Shown: piece after piece, positions 51,429-64,000 of the stretch
Position numbering within the stretch: position 1 is the stretch's first letter
Layout of the letters: every line of letters begins with the position of its first letter
Origin: Eledone cirrhosa
Taxonomy: Eukaryota
DNA: 64,000 nucleotides
Reading direction: 5' to 3'
Assembly (NCBI GenBank): GCA_964016885.1
Contig: OZ024741.1
Location: forward strand, 77,190,001 to 77,254,000
Translations under genes and position numbers: made by a program
Notes under the pieces: model-generated
What the model was told of the DNA's origin: nothing
Seen by the model: only the letters and a program-made list of their open reading frames with translations
The model's database searches: none

Positions 51429-51430
<2 letters not shown>

Positions 51431-51607
51431 GATATATTAACAAATGGAAACTATATTTATAAAACCATATTTATTTCATTATAGATATTTCAAGACACCA
51501 AGTTAAATTATGGTGTGCTTTCATCAGATAAAATGGTGTCCTTGAAATATGTATAATGAAATAAATATGGTTTTATAAATATAGTTTCCATTTGATAATA
51601 TATCGTA
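51429..51607. repeat. Inverted repeat with ~72-bp arms enclosing a hammerhead
   Basis: 51429-51500 is the near-perfect reverse complement of 51534-51607. Confidence 0.9.
51474..51533 (-). ncRNA. Minimal type I hammerhead ribozyme motif
   Basis: Minus strand: TTTTAT-CTGATGA-AAGcACACCA...TGGTGTCTT-GAAA-TATCTA-TA-ATGAAA. Confidence 0.75.
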
Positions 51608-51694
51608 TTTTTACTCCAATAATTTGTTGAGTGCTTTATATCAGTTATAAAAATATTTGCTTGTTGTATCCCAACAATTTAAATAGAACTACTA

Positions 51695-51824
<130 letters not shown>

Positions 51825-52129
51825 TTATGCAAGAAATGCTTAGGGTTATCCTGAATGCAGTAATGGTTAATTACTACACTAGATAGAGTTGACGTACGGT
51901 GAGGGGTTACTCAACAAGTTATGGAAGAATAGTCAGAAAAATTCAGTTTCTGATCCTTCTGTATTCCGGAGTGTAGATAAAGAATGAATAATAACAGGTA
52001 GACATCATAAAAAGGTAATTTATTCCGAGTGCTTACAAATGTTTCAACAGTAGTTATACAGCCTCGTCATGCTATGTGCAATTGATAATTAATAATTATT
52101 TGATTGCACAACGAAGCATACAAAGTAGT

Positions 52130-53950
52130 GAAGAATCTCAAGATAGACGATAGAACCGAGCCGATTATACCCGCAACCCCCACCTTTCACCTGAAGGACC
52201 ATAAGGTAAATTTTGACTCTAACCCTAACATTAGACTTATATGCCCTTCTAAATCAGACATGAAAAATTAGCAACATATACTTGACAGGGTAATAACTCA
52301 ATTGAAAAAGAAAATAGAAATTAAATTATGGGGCAATTCGCTGGTTTAATAACGTTAAGAATATGAGTAAGTCTAAGTTTATACAATTCGACATTGACGA
52401 ATACTACTCTTCAATCTCGCCCAGTACTTTACGTAAGGCCCTATCGTTTGCCAAAGTTAATTCCGACCTAACAGAGGACGAAATCAATATTATTCTAGAG
52501 GCTAGGAAAACTATTATCAAGTTTGATAACTGCTACTGGGAACGTAGGGACAGACCCACAGACTTCGACACACCATGGGCTGTAACGACTCAGCGGAGGT
52601 CACGGATCTTGTGGGAATTTACATAGCCCACATACTACATGGAACATTTAGTAATCTACAGGGGTGAATATATAGAGATGACGCGCTTTTATTAGTTAAT
52701 AACTTAAATAACCAAAATCTTGAAAGGCTACGGAAAAACATTAGAAATTCTTTTAGTGAACTGGGTTTAAAAATAACGTACGAATACAATCTTAAAGTGG
52801 TAAATTTCCTTGACGTAACTCTTAATTTGAATACTGGACTGATACGACTCTTCCACAAGATAAATGAAACCTTACCTATATTAATTTTAATTCGAATCAC
52901 CCACTTTCCATGATCAAATCGGTTCCCCGTAGTATTTCTCTCAGAATCTCTCGCCTATCGTCTAACTCTGAGATTTTCAGTGAACATGCTGAATACTATA
53001 ATAACGCATTAAGGAATGCAGACCACCGTGATAAAATAGAATACATTGATAAGAATCTCCATAACACACATAGCTCCACACGCAATCAAAGAATATATAA
53101 CAGGGGTACAGAAATACAAGCGCACACATACAGTACCACCAGACATACTAATAGAAAATCATCACCAAATAAATCACGTTGTAGAAAGTATATCTGGTAT
53201 AATCCCATTTTTAATGCTTCGATTAGTACAAAACTATCTCTTTCATTCTTTAAGTTAATTAACAAGCATTTCCCTAGTTCCCATAAATACAGTAAGATTC
53301 TAAACTCTAAGACTATTAAGCTATCATACTCCACCGCACCAAACCTTGAAGCATACATAAAAAACTTAACTTAAAGCAATTATTAAACAACACTACAAAA
53401 CAAAATATTTTAGTAACAGATGAGCATAACGAAATATCGGCCTCCCAACCACCAAATGGGAGGCGGGTATTACACAACCCATTTGAACTGTTATCCCAAC
53501 CTATCCATGGTATACCTGCTACCCACAACAAAAACTGCAACTGCCACCTACCCGAAAGATGCCCATTGAAGAATAAATGCCTAGAGTCCAACATTGTTTA
53601 TCAATGCACCGTTGAATCGAACGACCAGAAATGGTATTACATTGGGTCTACTACTGCCTCCTTTAAATCTCGCTGGTATCGTCATCGATTTTCGATTAAG
53701 CATCCTAAACACCGTCTTGTGACTACGTTCGCCAATAAGACCTGGCAACATCGAGAATGCAACCGGCAGTTTAGCTTAAAATAGGATAAACTATCCAGTG
53801 CTAGTGCATATCGGAGTGGATTGAAGTACTGCAGATTATGCAACCTTGAACTCTTTTATATCTTAAAATCCAAAAACAAATTACTAAATAACAGAATCGA
53901 ACGATCGTTATACTGCAACCACAAACTGAAGGCTAAATTCTCTCACTATA
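52130..53950 (+). mobile_element. Penelope-like element (Naiad-like), degenerate RT plus GIY-YIG endonuclease
   Basis: Motifs LKDHK.NF...P.IRLI.PSKSD, FIQFDIDEYYSSI, IYRDD, VNFLDVTLNL, YIWYNP.F, IKLSYSTAPNL, CNC..PERCPL...CL..NIVYQC, YYIGST..FKSRW..H and C.LC.LE..LLN.R.E...C.HK. Confidence 0.85.
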
Positions 53951-54350
53951 AAATAACTTAACATTTGAACCCGAGACTGCAACATCGCTTTCTCGCTAGC
54001 TAATTCCTCTCAATAACTACTTCCTAATTATATCCCTCACCCCCACACTACAAGCCAATACCCTGCTTATCATTATAAATGGGTACTTGAGTGCGATTTG
54101 CAGACTATCTATCTCTCTTTCTTTCTCTCCCCCGCCCTCTCTCTCTCTCGCCCTCGGTCTACTACACTCCCTCTCCACATCTATGAACCTGCTCTCTGTG
54201 GCAATAAATAATCCCAATCTTGACCACATCAACACAATGCCTAAGCGCTATCACCTTGAGAATAAACAGTAAAATAAAACCCCTACCACAACATTTTGAT
54301 TAAGCTATCTGTATTCTTCAAACCACTCTCTACCACTTCTCCAACCCCTA

Positions 54351-54488
<138 letters not shown>

Positions 54489-54544
54489 GATATTATTATT
54501 ATTATTATTATTAAGATAAGCAGAACAAGTAAAATTCAACCAAT

Positions 54545-54581
<37 letters not shown>

Positions 54582-54671
54582 GGAGGTGAGTTTTATTGTA
54601 GTACAATAAAGCAATGCAGATATCGGATAAGAAGCACTCTACAGTTTGTAGGACTGGAGTATGCATAATAT

Positions 54672-55999
<1,328 letters not shown>

Positions 56000-56036
56000 G
56001 ATAAAGAACACAAGAGCGTCTACAACATCAAAAGAT

Positions 56037-56096
56037 TTTTATTGGCTTACAATGTTTCTTCCTTACGTAACCGTAGGATTCGTCAGAGCTATAAAA
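56037..56096 (-). ncRNA. Minimal type I hammerhead ribozyme motif
   Basis: Minus strand: TTTTATaGCT-CTGACGA-aTCCTACGgttaCGTAaGGAa-GAAA-CATTG-TA-AGCcaATAAAA. Confidence 0.8.
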
Positions 56097-58031
56097 GGGG
56101 TTTGATTGGTGTTATGGACTCTACCAACCAAACATTCAAGAACAAAGAGTAAAGAGAGTAAAGAGCAAAAGCAGGGGACGATAAGTCTAATTTTGGTGCG
56201 GGAGGGTGGGGTGTGGGTCCTTGTTTACTAGCTGTGGTCATATTCATTCCCGGGAGTCGAGTGGTTAGTTGAGCCATAGATGGGGTGGCGTCGATAGTAG
56301 GGTGCAGAGGGTGTGCAGAGGCTACACACACACAAAGGGCATACAATATATATATAACGGAGGAGAAAGTACATGAGGTAATTAGAAATGGAAAAAGAGT
56401 AATAATTATAATCTATAATTAATAATGTATAATAAGGCATGGGGAAGATTACACTATAATAAGGTATAAAAGTAAGAATAAGGTAAAATATAAAGGAGGA
56501 TAAAAGTGAAAATAAGAATAAAGATAAAAAAATTTATATATATATAAATAAAAAAAATATAGAGAGAATATATAAAGAAATATAAGCAAGTATTAGAAAG
56601 GGAAAAACACAATGTAAAAAAACCGATTTTTTTCAAATAAAAAAATTATAAATATGGGGGGAGAAAACGGGATAGAGAAATATAATCAAATGTGATTAGT
56701 TGAGAGAATATAAGATGATAATAGTTATGTCAAGTTTATACATCTTAATAATAAATAATCTGTATATCAGAGTTACACATCCTTCAATTCACTTGCAGGT
56801 TCAACCCACGTGGCATAGTCCATTGTTCATCTGTGCGGTCATGTGCGTTTGTTTTTGACACCACAGCAGATGCACAAGTTCGTAAATTCCAATGCAGATA
56901 GAAATCTATTTTTGCTCACCCAGACATTGACGGAGGATCCAATATTCCTAGTTCAATATGTGTGTGGTGTTATTTTGGTCGCACAAATCAATCACTTGGT
57001 TCAATATTATGGAGTATGGTTTTCTGGTCTTCGTAACAGTGTCAGTGGTTGTATATCTCGAAATCACAAGGATCACAGTACTCCGGTTTGGTGTGATTAT
57101 CGGTCATCCAACTATGTTGTCGGCGGTTGGATTCAATTCTATTGCCCCGAACGTAGAACTTTGGTGTCGATTGAACATTAACGAGGCAGAGTGAGATCGC
57201 ATCTGTGGTACAAAACGGTACGTAAGGAAATTCTTCGTCTTCGTTTCATCCGGGTCCAGCAGTCACGTGCAAGGACCGCTACGTAGTAATTGTGAGGGTA
57301 AGCGGTCAAGATAGTAACTGACCGAAAATTCTCTTAGGAATTCAGACAGACATGACAGGTACATTTAGGTCAGCAGTTTCTTTATGTGTACGTGTGTCCG
57401 ATACACACAGACACATATTTATATCTATTTCAACTCAAAAAATTCAATTGATTCGCTTATTGATATTATATCTCTGTTGCTCCGATGTGCATGTTGTGGT
57501 GTTCTGGTCGTGTTTAGCATTCACTGTGTTTTGCCATTACCTTGGAATGTGATGTTATGGTCATCAATAGTCCGGCAAGCGCATTCCTCTCTTATATTAT
57601 GGAGAATGGTGTTCTGGTCCTCAGTAAACATTTGGGTCAGCAGGAGGGGTGGTGGTTCTCAGTTTCAACTGCGACAATACACATGTGTTACTCTACATAT
57701 CGTGCTCCTCTCAAAGAAGAGTATTATAGGAGGAATTCATGCCAAACACCACATATAGAGAAGACTTCTACAGAAAAAATATACATACATACACACATAT
57801 ATACATATCATACACGCACATATACACATATACACATACATATACATATACACATACATATCACATATACACATACACACAATATAATACACTTGTATAC
57901 AATATACATATATATATATACAATACACATGTATACAATACACGTACACATGCATGCATGCATGCACACACGTACGCACACATATATACACATGTTTGTG
58001 TGTATGTGTGTGTGAGAGAGAAAAAAGGAGA

Positions 58032-58080
<49 letters not shown>

Positions 58081-58201
58081 AACCTTGTAGGGGACTGTTC
58101 CACCCCTAGGCTACCTATCTATCTGGGTTATGGGTTGGGGGGGGGGAGCTATAGTCAAGGAGGGGTATGTCTAGGTGGGGATTGCGTAATATATGTTACG
58201 T

Positions 58202-58915
58202 CTATGTGCTAGGTCTAAAATAGAAGAAGGAACTCAGGATTTTGTGTTGGCAAGAGGAGAAAATTTCCGATTTCCTGTTAAGCAGGTTCAGTTTAGAGAG
58301 TATTATGGCATGGCATTCCAGTAAACACAGGTCACAACTTCCGCTCTGCGGTCGGTATGGCGTGGATCTAGTAAGCTTCCTCCAAAAAAGTTTGTATGGG
58401 GTACTATTATTTTTTAAAAAGGAGATGTATCCCGCCAGTGAGGTGGCATTCTTATGTCTATCGTGTCTAAATGTGCACATATGCGCGTTAAATCTAGTTT
58501 TAAATGTATTGGACGTTGATCCTATATATGTTTTGGTAGAGTTGTGTGTGGTTACGTCACATGCATATACGATGTTTTTTTATGAGGCAATCCCTCCTTA
58601 GGGGACAATTACTACTCCGCCTACAATTGCAACTGCGGGTTCGATCAGTTAGCGTACCTCCCGAACTTTGGTTACTAGCATTATCTCTAGGTGCCCCTAT
58701 ATCATTAGATGGCTCAGTGATGCTATTATGTTGCCCATTTTCCAGTGTAGTCGGTTGCTGGTGGTTAACTGCCATTTTAATTGCTTCGAAACCTTCTCTA
58801 GTTTTCCTAATGTTCGTGCGTGCTAGGTGTGATGCGAGGTTAGGTGTGGTCGAATAGGATAATTTAATCACGTTTTTGTTAATTATGTTGCGATATCTAT
58901 TGCCTGGTGGCAATA
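58202..58915 (-). mobile_element. Penelope-like element (Naiad-like) GIY-YIG C-terminal fragment
   Basis: Motifs IKLSYSTTPNL, CNCRRSSNCPLRRDCL, TYIGSTSNTFKTRF..H, CDLCLLE and LLNRKSEIFSSCQHK. It abuts (TA)n. Confidence 0.85.
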
Positions 58916-58929
58916 GATATATATATATA

Positions 58930-58982
<53 letters not shown>

Positions 58983-58996
58983 TATAATATATATAT

Positions 58997-59031
<35 letters not shown>

Positions 59032-59094
59032 ATATATATATATAATATATATATATAATATATATATATATAATATATATATATAATATATATA

Positions 59095-59273
59095 GGAGCC
59101 CCTACATGGACACACTAGAAGAGGAAGACCAAGGTTAACATATGTTGATGCCCTAAGGACAGACACTGGTCTGTTGGAGACGCAGGATATGGCAGCGATA
59201 ATGAGGGACAGAGACCGCTGAAGAGAACTCGTCCATGGATCTCGGGAATTTTACCCGCCTTAGATAGATAGAT
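59095..59273 (+). mobile_element. RTE-clade LINE 3' end with (TAGA)n tail
   Basis: Translates EPLHGHTRRGRPRLTYVDALRTDTGL...MRDRDR and ends cttagatagatagat. Confidence 0.75.
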
Positions 59274-59890
<617 letters not shown>

Positions 59891-60267
59891 TGTCTAAAGC
59901 GGGTAAAATTCCCGAGATCCATGGGCGAGTTCTCTCCAGCGGTCTCTGTCCCCCATCATCGCTGCCATGTCCTGCGTCTCCAACAGACCAGTGTCTGTCC
60001 TTGCATCAACATACGTAAACCTTGGTCTTCCTCTTCTAGTGTGTCTATGTAGGGGCTCCCAAAGGAGACTTGGACACTGACCAAGAAACTCACTCAGATG
60101 GTGGATGGGTGCTACACGAGAATGCTGAGGATGGCTCTGAACATTAATCAGTATGCACTGAGTATGAAAAACTCAGAGCTGTATGGGAGCATCCCAAAAG
60201 TCAGCTCAAAAGTGACACAGAGGAGATTGAGGTTAGCTGGACATGCTCACCGACATCCAGAGGTTGA
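59891..60267 (-). mobile_element. RTE-clade LINE 3' end with an inverted 5' segment
   Basis: 59891-60063 is the reverse complement of the 59095 copy. 60064-60267 on the + strand encodes the upstream part ETWTLTKKL...LRLAGHAHRHPE. Confidence 0.78.
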
Positions 60268-60282
60268 TATATATATATATAT

Positions 60283-60872
60283 ATATATATTGGTTAACGG
60301 AATAGAAAATGCTGACAAATTGTTCACAGTTGAAAAATGGTTTAATTAGGAATAAAAGAGTATTAGTGATTGTATGGGTTAGTATTCAGTTGTGGTTTTA
60401 AGTTTTTAAGTTTTTACCGGTTGCGCATTTCTAAATGCTTTTCAAAAATAATTTTGAGATAGAGTGTCCGTGCTGTTTGCTCTGATCAGAGCAAACAGCA
60501 CGGACACTCTATCTTACTCTTAATATTGTTTCTACTTTAGGCACAAGGCCAGCAAATTACCCAGTGCATTACTGGTACTTTATTTTATCGACCCCGTAAG
60601 GATGAAAGGCAAAGTCAACCTCGGCGGGATTTGAACTCCTTAATATTATTGATATTATACTTCAGAAGAAACTGTTGAGTGCTTCCAGCTGTTACAAACT
60701 AAATTTGTTGAATAATCAACAAATTAAATGCGCAACCGGTAAAAACTTAAAAACTTAAAACCACAACTGAATACTAACCCATACAATCACTAATACTCTT
60801 TTATTCCTAATTAAACCATTTTTCAACTGTGAACAATTTGTCAGCATTTTCTATTCCGTTTACCAATATATA
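60283..60872. repeat. Foldback element with ~148-bp inverted arms (60283-60430, 60726-60872)
   Basis: The arms are near-perfect reverse complements. The spacer holds a perfect 58-bp palindrome (60457-60514) and a SINE fragment (60520-60638). Confidence 0.9.
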
Positions 60873-60901
60873 ATAACTTGTGTGTTACACCTCTATTCTT
60901 T

Positions 60902-60999
<98 letters not shown>

Positions 61000-61100
61000 A
61001 TATAATATATATAATATATATATAATATATATATAATATATATATAATATATATATGATATATATATAATATATATATAATATATATATAATATATATAT

Positions 61101-61135
<35 letters not shown>

Positions 61136-61397
61136 ATATATATATATATATATAATATATATATATATATATAATATATATATCATATATATATATATAT
61201 AATATATATATTATATATATATATATAATATATATATTATATATATATATATTATATATATATATATAATATATATATTATATATATATAATATATATAT
61301 TATATATATATAATATATATATATAATATATATATATATATATAATATATATATATATATATAATATATATATATATAATATATATATATATAATAT

Positions 61398-61444
<47 letters not shown>

Positions 61445-61650
61445 TATAATATATATATATATATAATATATATATAATATATATATATATATAATATATA
61501 TATATATATATAATATATATATATATAATATATATATATATATAATATATATATATATAATATAAATATATATATATATATATAATATATATATATAATA
61601 TATATATATATAATATATATATATATATATAATATAATATATATATATAT

Positions 61651-61703
<53 letters not shown>

Positions 61704-61731
61704 ATCAAAAGATGGTTAAATGAGTTCCATG

Positions 61732-61802
61732 TATTTTATTATGCGCATTTCAAAAACAAATATCATCATGCAATAACATTTGTGTTTTCATCAGATAAAA
61801 TA
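61732..61802 (-). ncRNA. Minimal type I hammerhead ribozyme motif (paralogue of 54705-54771)
   Basis: Minus strand: TATTTTAT-CTGATGA-(stem II)-GAAA-TGCGCA-TA-ATAAAATA, with an 8-bp stem I. Confidence 0.85.
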
Positions 61803-62704
61803 GGAGGACATGATATGAAGGTTAAAAACACTTGTGGATAGTGCAGTTTTAAATCAACATATGAAAAGTAGTTTTAGATTGATGTGTGATATTGGGGAAA
61901 ACATTTTTTTAGGGGGGGGGGGGATGAAAAATAGGAGGAGATGAGAGTAAAAAGTGGAGGGGGAGGAGTATAATGAGGAAGGATGAGATAGGAGGACAGA
62001 TGGCTGATAGAGAGAGAGAGATAGCTTTTATAACTGAGAAAAATATATTGTTTTACATAGAGAGGTTTAAAAACCGTTGGAAGATAATGTATAAATTAAA
62101 AGAATTTGAAAATTAACGAAGAGAAAAATAATGTAAAGTTAATGTTTGTATATTGAAGGGTTTAATAATATATCCAAAATTAAGATAGATTAAAAGAATT
62201 CAATCAGAATCGAAATTGTGGGTGTCATTCCTTAACAGAATGCGCCATATCTTAATTTTGGATATAGATATATAAATACTGCTCCTTAATTGTAGAGCTA
62301 ACTCTGTTGAAGGGAATTGACTGCTATTTCTAGTTGTCGAATACCTATTCACGCCACTGAAACGAAGCCGCTGTGATGTGTAATATCAACACGTGGTAAC
62401 GGCCAGTTTAAGATTTTGACTCGAAGTGTAAACATGGATCGCTTGATATTATTCTTCCTTGTTGATAATTCAATAATATCCACTTTCCGTGACTTACCAT
62501 CTGATTAATTGGTGAAATATATTTCTTTAATGAAATATATACAGGGAAGATTAAGCATTAAAAGGTATATATTTTTGAAGTTCTAGTTAACTTTATTTAC
62601 TTGTTACCTACTAGCCATGCGTGGTTACACGCTTGTAGAAATTATCTCTTGTGATTTTTCATGTTTATATTTATTTATATATATGTTGATCAATTCCTAG
62701 TTAT

Positions 62705-62841
<137 letters not shown>

Positions 62842-64000
62842 TAAAATAACAGATTAAAGTTTAAGCAACGAATCGCTGCTTTCACCCTTAACGGGATCTT
62901 CTGAAACTAACAAAGTCAATCGTATAACGGAAATTAAGACCATGTGACCTCTGCGCCGCTGAGGCCCTGGAAATACTCTACGCCACAGACCACATCCTAA
63001 ACAAAAAATCTGAGGCAATTTCGGCTTGTAAACATAAATTGCACAACACTTTCCTGTATTACAGCCACACGTTATACCCTAACGGATAGTACGATCTATA
63101 CGTGGATATTTTACGTTTTGATGTGGGAGCTAAGTATATGTTTTGTTTATACCATTACTTATTTGCATAGGTAAGTATATATTACCCGTATGTTTTGTGA
63201 AGGTACTTATACCTTCTCGTACGTATATTTGATTGTTTATGTTATGGCGTATAATTTTATATATTCTGGTACATATGGTTTGGCTATGTGTATACGGGAG
63301 TTTTGCGTCTGTGTGAGTATGCAGGTTCGTACGTCTGTAGGGTGTGTGTATATGTGTACTTCATGTTTTGGTTGACTTACGTCTCCGAACATTCGTGTAT
63401 TTACATGTAGGTATGTGTGTGCGCTTGTTATATACGTATTTATTTATTTATATACGTTTATATAATTATTTATTTATTTGTATACACGCATACACATACA
63501 GACATATTTATATGTGCGGGGTTTGTATACCTACGGTAAGTGTTTTGCGTATGCTTGTGTATGTACGTATTTGTTTGCGTGTATGTATTTATTTATTTCT
63601 ATTACTTCTGTATTGTATTTATTTACTTTGTTCTTATCTCTGTAGCGGAGATTCATTCGGTCTCCTAGTTTGAATTTTAGTCTACGACTTCTGCTATACC
63701 ATTTACGTGGTTTTGTCTTTGCGTGCTATCGTTCTCCACGCGCCACATATGACGTATTATCTTCGTTTTTTTCGTTCATTGCCAGAGAACGTCTCCTAAG
63801 AGAACATTAGTCTACGACCATAAACGTGGTTCTGTCTTTGCGCGTAATTGTGTTTCACCGCTCCTATTAATGACGTATTATATTCGTTTTTTCCCGTTCT
63901 TTGCCAGCGAATGTTTCCACGAACCAAAGTATCGTCTTTCTGTCTTCCTCCGGTTGCAACGTTTTTTGAAATATCCACTTCTGCGTTTACAGATTGACTT

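Noticed and set aside
52028-52075. Hammerhead-like ATGACGA...GAAACATTTGTA on the minus strand upstream of the Penelope ORF
   Set aside because: C3 is missing and stem I does not form. It is at most a decayed pLTR relic, so it is not listed as a ribozyme.
52660-52670. In-frame TGA just before IYRDD in the Naiad-like RT (possible selenocysteine)
   Set aside because: It falls where Gly is expected (GGA to TGA), the copy has many other lesions, and I recognised no SECIS.
56785-57730. Possible further Penelope remnant on the minus strand (ends PRGLNLQVN*) upstream of the 56.05 kb hammerhead
   Set aside because: Only one short motif is recognisable, which is too weak to call.

Overview
Eukaryotic, AT-rich, repeat-saturated DNA with no host gene that I can support. 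The tRNA-derived Nin-domain-type SINEs and the microsatellite load suggest a mollusc, probably an octopod cephalopod (inference). In order, the window holds: (1) a head-to-tail array of three near-identical R4/Dong-type RLE retrotransposons joined through (TAA)n tails, plus a second diverged R4-type element (1-11.7 kb, minus strand); (2) a young 2.7-kb non-autonomous LTR element with a tRNA-Trp PBS and TG...AA ends; (3) six same-orientation insertions of an L1/Tx1-clade family (ORF1 zinc knuckle, ORF2 APE-RT-zinc finger), five of them chained through (TATC)n tracts, with a covarying 3'UTR RNA structure (16-40.8 kb); (4) a 30/31-bp satellite with a 432-bp higher-order repeat; (5) Penelope-like (RT/GIY-YIG) remnants and several foldback segments in (TA)n tracts, carrying five complete-core and several variant type I hammerhead ribozyme motifs; (6) SINEs, a hAT MITE, a Chapaev-like transposase relic, and Vingi- and RTE-like 3' ends. 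The best novelty candidates are the apparently GATA/TATC-repeat-targeting Tx1 family, the hammerhead-bearing foldback elements and a double-pseudoknot 5'UTR in the R4-type element. All alignments and folds were done by eye, and clade names come from motif recall rather than searches.
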